Origin: a virus | Taxonomy: Duplodnaviria > Caudoviricetes | IMG/VR virus record: IMGVR_UViG_3300020044_007975 | Coordinates: 1-37,091 of that record | Direction: 5' to 3' (one strand) | Length of the DNA stretch: 37,091 nucleotides | Shown here: piece by piece, positions 19,709 through 29,150 of the stretch | How positions within the stretch are numbered: position 1 is the first letter of the stretch | Layout: every line of letters starts with the position of its first letter | Made by a program: the position numbers and the translations under genes | Notes under the pieces: generated by a model | The model's database searches: none | Told to the model about the DNA's origin: nothing | Seen by the model: the letters and a program-made list of their open reading frames with translations, nothing else

Positions 19709-20503
19709 ATGGGTGGCGGCATACTAGAAGGCAATCCAGATAATCCACATGAAAGCCAAGTAACCGGCATAGCTAAGGCGTTCGACCCGACAAGTTACAT
19801 ACTACCGGATGAGATGACCGGTCATGCTTATGCGCCACAGATTATGGAGGGCATTAACACCACATTTAGTCCGATTACTGGGTTTGTGGAAGATACGCTT
19901 AATTTCACTACGCCGGGCAAACAATGGCTTGAGGGACAAGTGCCTATTTTGGGGCAATGGTCTGATACGATGCGTAATCGTCCGGGTGATGCGGCGGCGA
20001 TAGCGGCTAGCATGTATGGCGCAGGTGCGGCGGCTGGCGCTATGGGCGGAGCAGGGGCAACCGGCGCAGGTACAGGCGGAACATTAGGTTCAGCCGGTTC
20101 AACGGCGGCAACCAGCGCGATTACTCCGACATTCTCAAGCGGTGCGGGTATGGCGGCAAGTGCCGCTCCATCAGCGTTGCAATTATCGGCAGGTGCAGGC
20201 GGCACAGGTATCGGCACATTAGGCAGCGCAGGGACAACGGCGGCGTTAAATGGGTTAACCCCGGCATTTGCAAGTCAAGGCGCGGCTAGTGGTACAGGTT
20301 CTTATCTTGGGCAGCTTTACGATAGGGCAAAAGACTTATATGGGCAAGGCAAGGAAATTAAGGGGTATTACGACCGGACAAAACAAGTTTATGATCTTTT
20401 AAATCCAGACCAACAACCGCAACAGGATTTAAGCGAGCCGATGCAGATAACAAACCCATATCGGCAAATCTACGACCCTAACAGGCTTTATCGCGGCGTA
20501 TAA
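19709..20503 (+). CDS. Gly/Ala-rich ejection protein
   Basis: Long Gly-Ala-Thr tract; in ejection cluster. Confidence 0.6.
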   Translation: MGGGILEGNPDNPHESQVTGIAKAFDPTSYILPDEMTGHAYAPQIMEGINTTFSPITGFVEDTLNFTTPGKQWLEGQVPILGQWSDTMRNRPGDAAAIAASMYGAGAAAGAMGGAGATGAGTGGTLGSAGSTAATSAITPTFSSGAGMAASAAPSALQLSAGAGGTGIGTLGSAGTTAALNGLTPAFASQGAASGTGSYLGQLYDRAKDLYGQGKEIKGYYDRTKQVYDLLNPDQQPQQDLSEPMQITNPYRQIYDPNRLYRGV

Positions 20504-20982
20504 AAATCATGGTCATAATGTTTTTTAACAAATTCATCTCTAGCTTTTATAGCATCTTCGATATTTTTAGAAGCTTTTATTTGCTTTTGTTTACCGTTTA
20601 TAAAAATTTGGGCTATCCATCTTTTTTTATATCCGTTCCAGCTTACGCCTTTATATCCAGATTTGTTGTCTTTTCTGATAGGTACATTTTGAGTGTTGTT
20701 AGATCTTGTGGCTTTCCTAAGATTGACAATTCTATTGTCGTCTTTGATGCGGTTAATATGGTCAAATTCTCCGTTATGCAATTCCCCATAAAAATAAAAC
20801 CATGCAAGCTTGTGAGCGCAATAATTTATTGTATTAAGTTTTATTTGGCGATACCCAAATGTTTGTATGCTACCGGCTACGTTACCTATTTTGCATCTTG
20901 GGCCGGTTGCTTTTATCCACGTAAAAATCCCGGTATCAGGATCGTAATGGAGCAGTTCTTTCAGTCTTTCTTGAGTAAGCAT
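20488..20982 (-). CDS. HNH homing endonuclease with AP2 domain
   Basis: MLTQERLKELLHYDPDTG, DHINRIKDDNRIVNLR, NKSGYKGV..W.AQI. Confidence 0.92.
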   Translation of the reverse strand: MLTQERLKELLHYDPDTGIFTWIKATGPRCKIGNVAGSIQTFGYRQIKLNTINYCAHKLAWFYFYGELHNGEFDHINRIKDDNRIVNLRKATRSNNTQNVPIRKDNKSGYKGVSWNGYKKRWIAQIFINGKQKQIKASKNIEDAIKARDEFVKKHYDHDFYTPR

Positions 20983-21015
20983 TTTGATTCCTTTTGTCAT
21001 AGGTTAGTCGGTTGT

Positions 21016-21065
21016 GTCACGGCAGCACTGACAAGGTGTTTTCGGGTGCGCACCCTAGCCGTAAC
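21016..21065 (-). ncRNA. c4-antisense-like structured leader RNA
   Basis: GTTACGGC/GCCGTGAC stem, GGGT-GCGC-ACCC-GAAAA, loop TTGTCA complementary to downstream TGACAA; TGnTAAAAT upstream. Confidence 0.55.
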
Positions 21066-21079
21066 AGGGGTATTTTAAC

Positions 21080-22879
21080 ATGAATTACGACATGGAAAAA
21101 CTGCTTGATGCTTTACGGCACGTTGAAAGCCGGGGCAATCGTTTTGCTGTGTCACCTAAAGGGGCAAAAGGCGCGTATCAATTTATGCCTGAAACAGCTA
21201 AAGAATATGGGTTGTTCGGAAATGATGTATTTGACGAACAAAAATCCAGGGCGGCGGCACGTAAGAAACTTAGCGGATTGATAAGCCGGTATGGGTTGCA
21301 AGGTGGTATCGGTGCTTACAATATGGGCGAAGGGAACCTCGAAAAGCATAAGGGCAATTGGGCGGCATTGCCAGAAACCGCAAAATATGTCCCGGCTGTA
21401 TTAGCGGCCTATGGCGGCAACCAAGGCGACTTAGCCAGCGCCGGATTCAAATCCATGCAACAACGACCACAGCCGACAGACCCAGGGCAATTCCCTATCC
21501 AGATGATTCCCGGCGTTGAGCCGCAATCGCCGGTTGTTGAGCACAAACCAAACATGAAGGATGAAGTGATGCCAGTACAAGAGCAGCCCGTTAGTGGGCA
21601 TTTGGTGGATTTCAAAAAAGCCCAAAAAGACATAAACCGCAGCAAGTTATTGGCGCAGACGTTGGCCAATGTCGATTGGGGAGACCCTAACGCGATGGTA
21701 TCAGGCAGGGCAGTGGCAATGTCCCCCATTACGGCTATTGCTAAGGCATTACAGCAAGGTATCGGCACGTATGAGGGTGCTAAGGCACAGGGAGCGCAAG
21801 ATGACCTTGAAACCCAAAAGGCACAGGCTTTGAAAGGTATGATGGCTGGCGGCAAGGTTGACATTAACAAGCTTGTGGAGAGTGGTTTGCTTTCGGTGGA
21901 AGATTGGGCTAAGGCATCGGCTACCAAAGAGCAACAAGCTGACCATATCCTATTTTATGATAAAGATGGTCAAGCTGTGGCTTTCAATAAGTCAACCAGA
22001 GAAGTAACACCTACTGGCATTAAATCAGCCCTTTACGCACCAGATAGCGTATATAACCGCAGTCTAGCCAGTTCAGCCGGTAAGGGCGTAGAAATGACCG
22101 ACGACCAGGGCAGACCGTATTATGTCCCGCAAGGGCAGACCAATCCGGCGTTTGGCAGCTACGGGCAAACACCAAGGCTAGATTATCCCACTAGCATGAT
22201 GCCAGTACCTAACAGTGCGCCGATGCAAACACCACAGTTATCTAACAGCGCACCGATACCACAGCAGCCAGTAAGCGGTGTCGTCAAAGGTGCATCACCT
22301 GTTGAACTGAAACGGCAGGAAGCCGAAGCTATGATTGCCCCAAAAGTCCAGGAAGCGCAGGCGGTGGGCGCAGTCAAGGCGCAGCAAGACGTAGCACTGG
22401 CGCAAGAAAAAGCGGCAATAGAAAACCAGCAAAAGATTGAGCAAGCAAGCCAAAAGAAAGAGACGGCAGGTAAAAATATAATTGATGTATTAAATACCAA
22501 GATTAACGGAAAAACAGTAGACGAGCTTATAGATGAATCCACAGGAAGCGGAATAGGCGCGGCGACTGATGCAGGTGCGGCATTTTTTGGGCAGTCAACA
22601 GAAGGCTCAGTGGCGGCAGATAGCCTAAAAACACTGCAAGGTTGGTTGGTGTCAAACATTCCCAGGATGGAAGGCCCACAAAGCGATTTTGACGTGCAAA
22701 ACTATCAGCAAATGGCTGGCAAGATTGCCGACCCAAATACGCCGCCTGACCGCAAAAAAGCTGCGCTTGCTAGTCTTAAGGCATTAGTTAAAAAGTACGA
22801 AACAAATCCGGCTAAGCAGACAGAGATTGACCCAAAAAAAGCGGAACTTGAACAGCTTAGAAAAGAGTTAATGCAATGA
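21080..22879 (+). CDS. Ejection protein with N-terminal lytic transglycosylase (SLT)
   Basis: VESRGN, SPKGAKGAYQFMP, AYNMG, ETAKYV. Confidence 0.88.
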   Translation: MNYDMEKLLDALRHVESRGNRFAVSPKGAKGAYQFMPETAKEYGLFGNDVFDEQKSRAAARKKLSGLISRYGLQGGIGAYNMGEGNLEKHKGNWAALPETAKYVPAVLAAYGGNQGDLASAGFKSMQQRPQPTDPGQFPIQMIPGVEPQSPVVEHKPNMKDEVMPVQEQPVSGHLVDFKKAQKDINRSKLLAQTLANVDWGDPNAMVSGRAVAMSPITAIAKALQQGIGTYEGAKAQGAQDDLETQKAQALKGMMAGGKVDINKLVESGLLSVEDWAKASATKEQQADHILFYDKDGQAVAFNKSTREVTPTGIKSALYAPDSVYNRSLASSAGKGVEMTDDQGRPYYVPQGQTNPAFGSYGQTPRLDYPTSMMPVPNSAPMQTPQLSNSAPIPQQPVSGVVKGASPVELKRQEAEAMIAPKVQEAQAVGAVKAQQDVALAQEKAAIENQQKIEQASQKKETAGKNIIDVLNTKINGKTVDELIDESTGSGIGAATDAGAAFFGQSTEGSVAADSLKTLQGWLVSNIPRMEGPQSDFDVQNYQQMAGKIADPNTPPDRKKAALASLKALVKKYETNPAKQTEIDPKKAELEQLRKELMQ

Positions 22880-24369
22880 CCAGAGAAGAAGCTTTAGCAA
22901 AAGCGGCAAGGGCAAGAGAATTAGGCGATGAAGACCTAGAATTAGGGTTCTTGCGTAAAGCTAAAGAGTTAACAACCCCTGAAAAACACCCTGTAAGCCG
23001 TTTTATAAGCGGCGTAGGCGGCGAAGTGCTTAAGGCTGGTGGTGCGGCGGCTGATGCTTATAACGCGGTCACAGGGCAAAAGCACGACATGATTGGAGAC
23101 TATGTAAGGCAAAGTGCGGAGCAAGGCATAAAAGATGCAACCACGGTAAACGATGCCAATGAATTTACGGCTGGTGATGTAGGGAAATTTATTGGCGCAG
23201 CTGCGCCTTATGTGGCGATGCCTGCATCAAGTGTGCCAAAGATGATGGCGCAATCCGCATTGTTTACACCAGGGGGCGCAGAAGAGCGGGCAAAATCGGC
23301 GGCCATTACTGGAGCGGCAGGCTATGGTGCGCCATTGGCTGGCAAGGCATTGGCGGGGGCATTAAAATCTATTGGCGGCGGTCTTGCTAACGTAGTCGGA
23401 GGGATAGGCACACACACTGGCGGCGAAAGTCTTAAGCAAGCGGCAAAATCAGGCTATGAGGGCGGGAAGTCATTGGAAGCTTTCCGTGGCAATATGCGCG
23501 GTGATGTTGGCATGGATGATGTGCTACAAATGGCAAGAGATGATATTAAAGCATTGGGAGCTGAAAAAACGGCACATTATCGTTCTGGCATGGTTGACAT
23601 AAAAAATGATAAGTCCGTATTAGGATTTGGAAAAATTGATAATGCATTAAAAGAAGCAAACGACATTATCAGTTATAAGGGGAAAGTGGTAAATGATTCT
23701 GCTGCTAAATACCTTGGCGAAATACAAGGAAAAATAGACGACTGGAAAAGCTTGCCAGCTAATGAGTATCACACGCCAGAGGGGTTGGATAAGTTAAAAC
23801 AATCAATCGGTGCGATACAGGAAAAAATACCTTTCGAAGATAAGACTTCTCGAAAAGTGGCAGGGAATATTTATAACGCCATAAAAGATAACATATCGGA
23901 GCAAGCCCCAACTTATTCTAAAGTGATGGGCGATTACTCAAAGGCAAGTAAATCACTGAATGAAATAGAAAAAAGCCTGTCATTAGGCGGAAAAGCGTCA
24001 GATGATACTGCGCTTAGAAAATTGCAAAGCGTAATGCGTAACAATGCCAATACAAACTATGGTAACAGGGTGGAATCTGCACTTAAGTTAAGCGAAGGAG
24101 GTGGCGACCTTATGCCTTCATTGGCTGGGCAGGCATTGAACGCTTGGACTCCAAGGGGAATAGGCGGCTTAATAGGTGCTGGTAATGTAGGTTACGCACT
24201 TAGTAATCCATTGGCAGCAGCATTATTGCCTTTACAATCACCTCGACTTATGGGGGAAGCGTTGTCATTGGGCGGCGCATCAGCTAGAGGTTTGGGTAAT
24301 TTGTCCGAAAAAATACCAAGCAAGGCCGCATTAGCCAACGTACTATATCAAATGAATCAAGGTGAATAA
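22876..24369 (+). CDS. DNA ejection/transfer protein
   Basis: 497 aa Ala/Gly-rich helical, QSPRLMGE; position. Confidence 0.65.
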   Translation: MTREEALAKAARARELGDEDLELGFLRKAKELTTPEKHPVSRFISGVGGEVLKAGGAAADAYNAVTGQKHDMIGDYVRQSAEQGIKDATTVNDANEFTAGDVGKFIGAAAPYVAMPASSVPKMMAQSALFTPGGAEERAKSAAITGAAGYGAPLAGKALAGALKSIGGGLANVVGGIGTHTGGESLKQAAKSGYEGGKSLEAFRGNMRGDVGMDDVLQMARDDIKALGAEKTAHYRSGMVDIKNDKSVLGFGKIDNALKEANDIISYKGKVVNDSAAKYLGEIQGKIDDWKSLPANEYHTPEGLDKLKQSIGAIQEKIPFEDKTSRKVAGNIYNAIKDNISEQAPTYSKVMGDYSKASKSLNEIEKSLSLGGKASDDTALRKLQSVMRNNANTNYGNRVESALKLSEGGGDLMPSLAGQALNAWTPRGIGGLIGAGNVGYALSNPLAAALLPLQSPRLMGEALSLGGASARGLGNLSEKIPSKAALANVLYQMNQGE

Positions 24370-24375
24370 AATGAG

Positions 24376-25005
24376 TTATGGTGCTAAAAAACATTTTAGC
24401 TTAATTCGTCTTTTTTGTTCTTTTATGCAAGCGCATTTTCTACAGTTGCGCCAGCCTTCTTTTGTTATGCGTGTATTTTCTGGTGTAAATTCATGTCCAT
24501 TTTTACAGTGGGTTTTTGCTAGGCTTGCAGCTTTTGATGCTTTAGCAAGATATGATATGTCTCGAGTATTTTTAAGCCTTCCAGGGTATAGAATTTCGTT
24601 CAAAGGTAAACCCCTTTTTATTCTATTGACGATAGTTTCAGATTTTATTCCTAGTCTTTTAGCTTCTATACATGGGGTTATAAATATTCCGTCTATGGTG
24701 AATTTATGGGTTTTCTCCATGTTCAGTTGCTGCTCTTGGCGAGTAGACCATTTGCAGTTTTCTGGAAAATATCCTTTGTCATTGTCGATTCTGTCAAGTG
24801 AGTGCAAAGGGCTAGGAATATCGCCCATATCATCAAGGAAGTTTTTAAAACTTGATTGCCATCGTTCACAGACTTTAATTCCGCGCCCGCCATATCTATG
24901 GTATGAAGGATTACTTGGACAATTACAGCGGTTTTTCATGCTGCGCCAAGTTGTATATAAAGGGTGATTATGCAATCCGTGCATTTCGTGAGTGTTATTT
25001 TTCAT
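24376..25005 (-). CDS. HNH-type endonuclease with C-terminal Zn-finger
   Basis: W.SMKNRC, YGGRGIKVCERW, SLDRIDNDKGY.PENC, THCKNGH...CRKC. Confidence 0.88.
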   Translation of the reverse strand: MKNNTHEMHGLHNHPLYTTWRSMKNRCNCPSNPSYHRYGGRGIKVCERWQSSFKNFLDDMGDIPSPLHSLDRIDNDKGYFPENCKWSTRQEQQLNMEKTHKFTIDGIFITPCIEAKRLGIKSETIVNRIKRGLPLNEILYPGRLKNTRDISYLAKASKAASLAKTHCKNGHEFTPENTRITKEGWRNCRKCACIKEQKRRIKLKCFLAP

Positions 25006-25078
25006 AATATTGCCTATAAAATTAATAGGCTTAATTTTAATATAAAATGTCTTGCTATGCAAGCAGGAGGATAATGCC

Positions 25079-26134
25079 TTGCCACGTGACTCAGGCGGTA
25101 CATATAGCCGCATAATTCCACCCGGCGCGCCCGGTTATCAAGCCAATACTGACATATTATCGGCGCAAGTCAATAGTGAAATTAACGACATTGGCAATGA
25201 ACTGACTAAATCCATTGCTAAAGATGGGACAACTACGCCAACGGCTAACTTGCCGATGGCTAACTTTGTTCATTCCGGGATGGGGCAAGCTGACGCGGCC
25301 GGTGAATCATTACGCTATGAAGCATTAGGTAAAGGATCAGATATTGCAGTTACGGCCAATGGTACGGTCACATTGCCGCTTGAGGGCAGTCTATTCAACC
25401 TGACGGCGGCAAGCTCGTTTAATGTCACAGGCTTTACCGGAAGGCACGATGGCAGGCCTTTCTGTGTGCGGTTCAATCCTGACAAGCTGTTAACGCTGGT
25501 TAATTCTGCTACATTCAAGCTGTTAGGCGGTGTTGATAGAATAACTAGGGCAGGTGAAATAATACATTTTACGCAAGAATCAGCCGGGACGATTGCCGAG
25601 GTTGGGCAACAGCCTATCATTGATATGACAGGCTATAGCGGGGCTGATATAAAATTAGGTATTGGTCAATCAGCAATATATGATATTGCCGCCGTGACCA
25701 CGTTATTACTGAGGATTGCAGTAGCTACTAACCAGTTTTACAACCTTGTTATATTGCCCAATTTCCCGGCTGGCGCGGCTGGCGGCGCTGGTGTTCAGTT
25801 GTTACCTAACAATTCTGTGGGGGTACCAAATAATATTATTTATATGCCAAATTATAACAACAATGGTACATGGTTTTCCCCGGCTGGTGTTGGTCAAAAT
25901 TTATTTACCTTGCACACAGATTTCACATTTACCCGGATTGATGCTGACATATCAACCAGGACAGAAAATAAATCGGTGTTTACCAGATTTACGGCTTTTA
26001 ATGGCACTCAGTACAGGGCTGGGTTTGTCCATAACATATCCAATGATATAGCGACCGCATGGGGAATCTCATTGGGGACGTTGACCTTCCCGACAGCGAC
26101 AACAGGACGAGTAATGTTAAGACGGGTAATGTAA
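25079..26134 (+). CDS. Tail fibre / receptor-binding protein
   Basis: AGGAGG then TTG start MPRDSGGTYS; SIAKDG.TTPTANLPM anchor. Confidence 0.75.
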   Translation: MPRDSGGTYSRIIPPGAPGYQANTDILSAQVNSEINDIGNELTKSIAKDGTTTPTANLPMANFVHSGMGQADAAGESLRYEALGKGSDIAVTANGTVTLPLEGSLFNLTAASSFNVTGFTGRHDGRPFCVRFNPDKLLTLVNSATFKLLGGVDRITRAGEIIHFTQESAGTIAEVGQQPIIDMTGYSGADIKLGIGQSAIYDIAAVTTLLLRIAVATNQFYNLVILPNFPAGAAGGAGVQLLPNNSVGVPNNIIYMPNYNNNGTWFSPAGVGQNLFTLHTDFTFTRIDADISTRTENKSVFTRFTAFNGTQYRAGFVHNISNDIATAWGISLGTLTFPTATTGRVMLRRVM

Positions 26135-26262
26135 TGAAGCCTAAGCTTAAACTTCATAAGGGCGTTTGGTATTGCTTGCATACGGTAGGCGATGCGGTTT
26201 TATTTTTCAGTGGCAAAACGCCCAAGGCGGCGTATAACAATTGGCGGGGGGTGTTTGGGTGA
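26134..26262 (+). CDS. Small hypothetical protein (42 aa)
   Basis: TAATG and GTGA overlaps on both sides. Confidence 0.6.
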   Translation: MKPKLKLHKGVWYCLHTVGDAVLFFSGKTPKAAYNNWRGVFG

Positions 26263-26879
26263 ACTATTTGCAGAAATATCAGCAAGTGCTAGGGCTTAAG
26301 CCAGATGGCGTTATAGGCAAGATGACAGCAACCGCTGTGATGAAGGATTTAAACGTAACGGATAAGCTATTCTTTGCTCACATGATGGGGCAAGAGGCGC
26401 ATGAATCGGGTAATTTTACCCATGCGAGAGAAAATCTTAACTATAGTGCAGATGGACTCATCAAAACATGGCCTAATCGGTTTAATAAGTCTAATGCGTG
26501 GCAATACCACAGGCAACCGGAAAAGATAGCGAATAAGGTTTATGCTAATCGCATGGGCAACGGTGACGAGGCAAGCGGCGATGGTTGGAAATATCGCGGC
26601 ATATTTGGGCTGCAATTAACAGGTAAGGACAACATTACCCGCTTTATGAAGTCGATAGGTGTTTCACCTGATACCGACCCTGAAACCTTACTCAAAGACC
26701 CGCGTAATTACTTTTTATCGGGTGTGTTTTGGTTTAAAGATAACGGTGTAGATAAGCTTTGTACATCTATTACGGACGATTGCATAAAGAAAGTAAGCAA
26801 GCGGGTAAACGGCGGTTATATCGGGCTAGACGACCGTATAGCCAAAACCAAAGCAATTTATAAAGCACTTAGCCTATGA
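26259..26879 (+). CDS. Endolysin, glycoside hydrolase family 19
   Basis: HESGNF, ENLNYS, GDGWKYRG..LQLTG..N, VNGG.IGLDDR; N-terminal LKPDGVIG. Confidence 0.93.
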   Translation: MNYLQKYQQVLGLKPDGVIGKMTATAVMKDLNVTDKLFFAHMMGQEAHESGNFTHARENLNYSADGLIKTWPNRFNKSNAWQYHRQPEKIANKVYANRMGNGDEASGDGWKYRGIFGLQLTGKDNITRFMKSIGVSPDTDPETLLKDPRNYFLSGVFWFKDNGVDKLCTSITDDCIKKVSKRVNGGYIGLDDRIAKTKAIYKALSL

Positions 26880-27130
26880 CTACTGCAATCATTGTTGTTC
26901 AATTTGTCGTCATTATCCTGCTTAGCGTGGGTTGGTGGCGTAACAACGAAGAATTACAAGCCTTGCTTAGCCAATTGCGCCATTATAAGAAAATTTGTGC
27001 CCGAAAAGACATGGAAATTCGTGAATTAAAAGAAGATAATCGTATTATAATTAACGAATTGCAAGGCATACGCGAAACTAAAAGCAGAATTAACATTGAA
27101 CCTGAAGACATGGCGGCAAGAGCGGAATGA
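26876..27130 (+). CDS. Membrane-anchored coiled-coil protein
   Basis: N-terminal hydrophobic helix; ATGA overlap. Confidence 0.65.
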   Translation: MTTAIIVVQFVVIILLSVGWWRNNEELQALLSQLRHYKKICARKDMEIRELKEDNRIIINELQGIRETKSRINIEPEDMAARAE

Positions 27131-27246
27131 GCAAAGAACTACTGGAAGGAATTTGGCTTAAGGCGTTCTTTATTGTCGGCATGGGGATATTCTGGATAGG
27201 TTTAGGTATTACACTAATTTGTAAGTATTTTTGGAGGCTTTTATGA
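27127..27246 (+). CDS. Small membrane protein (39 aa)
   Basis: MSKELLEGIWLKAFFIVGMGIFWIGLG...; ATGA overlaps both ends. Confidence 0.55.
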   Translation: MSKELLEGIWLKAFFIVGMGIFWIGLGITLICKYFWRLL

Positions 27247-27284
27247 AGAAAAAAGGTGGTAAAGGCGGCGGTAAGCGCTGTTAA
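27243..27284 (+). CDS. 13-aa basic peptide MKKKGGKGGGKRC
   Basis: GGAGG RBS and ATGA overlap. Confidence 0.5.
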   Translation: MKKKGGKGGGKRC

Positions 27285-27300
27285 TGTTTCACGTGAAACT
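27285..27300. promoter_or_regulatory. parS: parS site (chromosomal ParB/Spo0J type)
   Basis: TGTTTCACGTGAAACT, 15/16 to consensus TGTTTCACGTGAAACA; intergenic. Confidence 0.8.
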
Positions 27301-27327
27301 AATTTTTAACTTAATGAGGGTAATAAA

Positions 27328-27633
27328 ATGGCAACAGTAGGACAAGCAGCACCAGTAACAGTAACCTGGACATTAGCAGGTAATCCAGGCAGTGTTGAAA
27401 GTATCGTATCTATGGCGGTTGAGCCTGATACAGCGGGGACATTGGCAGTTGATGATACCGGGGCGATTAACTATACCGCATTGGTAGAAGCAACTGGCGT
27501 TATTGTCAAGATTGTAGGGGATAATGTTGTTGGCGAGACAGTCGGGGCGTTAACAATCCAGTCAGACCCTTTTGATAATGTAGCATCTCCGCCAGTATTG
27601 ACCGCTGATGGCGGAACGGTAGTAATTGGCTAA
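27328..27633 (+). CDS. Ig-like beta-rich hypothetical protein
   Basis: Val/Thr/Gly-rich; GAGGG RBS. Confidence 0.7.
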   Translation: MATVGQAAPVTVTWTLAGNPGSVESIVSMAVEPDTAGTLAVDDTGAINYTALVEATGVIVKIVGDNVVGETVGALTIQSDPFDNVASPPVLTADGGTVVIG

Positions 27634-27998
27634 TGGCTATGGTTATTGATACTAATGATTTAGAATCGGACAAAGCCGGTTTTGAGCGCATGATTGCCGC
27701 TTATAATTTCTTTATAGGCGGTATTAGTGCGGTTGAATATCCTGAAAAAGCAGAGGACTTAGCAGAGCTTAATGAAGGGCTTTCTAACACTATCAATGAT
27801 TTAGCTGATACAAATGCGTTATTGCTTGTTGCTGATAGATATGAAGCTAATGGCATATCCTTACATAAAAAAGAGATTGCCCCAAAAGCCACGATTGACC
27901 GGCTTAAGTTCTATCTTGCCGAAGCTGGGCTGGTGCCGGGTGATTTTGAGCCTGAATCTGAGATTACAGCAGATGGCGGGGTTGTGCAGGTCGGTTAA
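27633..27998 (+). CDS. Acidic hypothetical protein
   Basis: TAATG overlaps; C-terminal TADGG motif shared with previous gene. Confidence 0.7.
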   Translation: MAMVIDTNDLESDKAGFERMIAAYNFFIGGISAVEYPEKAEDLAELNEGLSNTINDLADTNALLLVADRYEANGISLHKKEIAPKATIDRLKFYLAEAGLVPGDFEPESEITADGGVVQVG

Positions 27999-28090
27999 TG
28001 TCTGATTATTTACTAGGCGCGCTCATAGGCTTTTTTCTAGGCCTTATATTGTTCTTCGGGTTATTGTTTATTTTTTTGGAGTCGATATGA
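27998..28090 (+). CDS. Small membrane peptide (30 aa)
   Basis: MSDYLLGALIGFFLGLILFFGLLFIFLESI; overlapping start and stop. Confidence 0.5.
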   Translation: MSDYLLGALIGFFLGLILFFGLLFIFLESI

Positions 28091-28257
28091 CTTGTCAAGA
28101 ATCAGTGGAGTGCGTCAAGCAAATTTTACCAACGCTATTAGCAATACTAGCGTTGGTGGCTGTAATAATAATTTCAATGGGCATGTTGCCACAATACGAG
28201 CAATATATAAATGAATTGTTGGGATTCGCTTTTATAAATTTGGGGATTAGCCGATGA
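28087..28257 (+). CDS. Small membrane protein, holin candidate (56 aa)
   Basis: Hydrophobic LPTLLAILALVAVIIISMGML; ATGA overlaps. Confidence 0.45.
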   Translation: MTCQESVECVKQILPTLLAILALVAVIIISMGMLPQYEQYINELLGFAFINLGISR

Positions 28258-28487
28258 ATTACATGAATATTGCTCTAGTGGTACTGGGTGCTGCTTTAAT
28301 GACTGGTGTTGTTAAGTCTGACACTACGCAGCCTTGTACTGTTAATGATAAGCTTATGTCGATTGTGGCAGACCAGGACAAGAAAATAACTGATATGATG
28401 GTTGAAGCTAAAAAAGAAGCTGACGCTGTTAAAAAAAAGTACACCGAGTTGCTAGAACAACTCGAAAAAACCGGGTGCAAAAAATAA
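28254..28487 (+). CDS. Signal/anchor plus coiled-coil protein (spanin-like?)
   Basis: Hydrophobic N-terminus, charged helix, two Cys. Confidence 0.55.
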   Translation: MNYMNIALVVLGAALMTGVVKSDTTQPCTVNDKLMSIVADQDKKITDMMVEAKKEADAVKKKYTELLEQLEKTGCKK

Positions 28488-28747
28488 ATGCCGTGCGACT
28501 ACCCATTGTCATATATGGCAGAAATAAACCTTTACGCGCTAAACAGGGCGCAACACATAGATATACTGATTTGGATGTTATGTGGGAGGTAGTGGCGGCT
28601 AATGTTGCTCCGAAACCTAGGCCGCCTTTTTTAAAACATATCCCGGAATTTAGGCGAATGGCTATACCTATCAAACAGGATGCGGCTAAAAAGTTTTCGT
28701 TTGAGGTACAAGATGATGTTTTGTGTAAAGGGTGTGTAGAGCCATGA
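28475..28747 (+). CDS. Hypothetical protein (start uncertain)
   Basis: Ends GCVEP* at junction repeat. Confidence 0.5.
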   Translation: MQKINAVRLPIVIYGRNKPLRAKQGATHRYTDLDVMWEVVAANVAPKPRPPFLKHIPEFRRMAIPIKQDAAKKFSFEVQDDVLCKGCVEP

Positions 28748-28917
28748 AATTTATATTGATATTGACAATTTTAAAGGGCAGTTATGATGGTGGTTCGGCA
28801 ATAGACCATATCGATAATTTTAATAGCTTAGAATCATGCCAGAAAGCAGGTGAGAAATGGAAAAGTCATTTTGATAACTTTTATCAATATGCGTTTTTTG
28901 AGTGTATAGAACCATGA
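28744..28917 (+). CDS. Small hypothetical protein
   Basis: MKFILILTIL...FNSLESCQKAG...CIEP. Confidence 0.65.
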   Translation: MKFILILTILKGSYDGGSAIDHIDNFNSLESCQKAGEKWKSHFDNFYQYAFFECIEP

Positions 28918-29114
28918 GATTTCAATTTGGAAATGTAGTCGTCGTTGATGGTGGCATGATAGGCGTAATATGCAAGTCATGGGCAAATGGAACACATGAC
29001 GTTTATGTTCGCAGCTATAACGGCATAAGAGAGTTTCATGAAAAAAACATAGCTCATTTCATTTATTCAAAAGAATTGAGTGATGAAGAAATGGAGTTTT
29101 ATAATGAAATATAA
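28914..29114 (+). CDS. Small SH3/KOW-like hypothetical protein
   Basis: MRFQFGNVVVVDGGMIGVI. Confidence 0.65.
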   Translation: MRFQFGNVVVVDGGMIGVICKSWANGTHDVYVRSYNGIREFHEKNIAHFIYSKELSDEEMEFYNEI

Positions 29115-29150
29115 ATTCCGTTATTTCACTTTTCAAGGATGTATAGAGCC

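Noticed and set aside
20509-21078. 189-aa plus-strand ORF
   Set aside because: Shadow of the HNH-AP2 gene on the minus strand.
24362-24967. 201-aa plus-strand ORF
   Set aside because: Shadow of the minus-strand endonuclease.
25079-26134. Diversity-generating retroelement target in tail fibre
   Set aside because: No reverse transcriptase and no template/variable repeat pair seen in the window.
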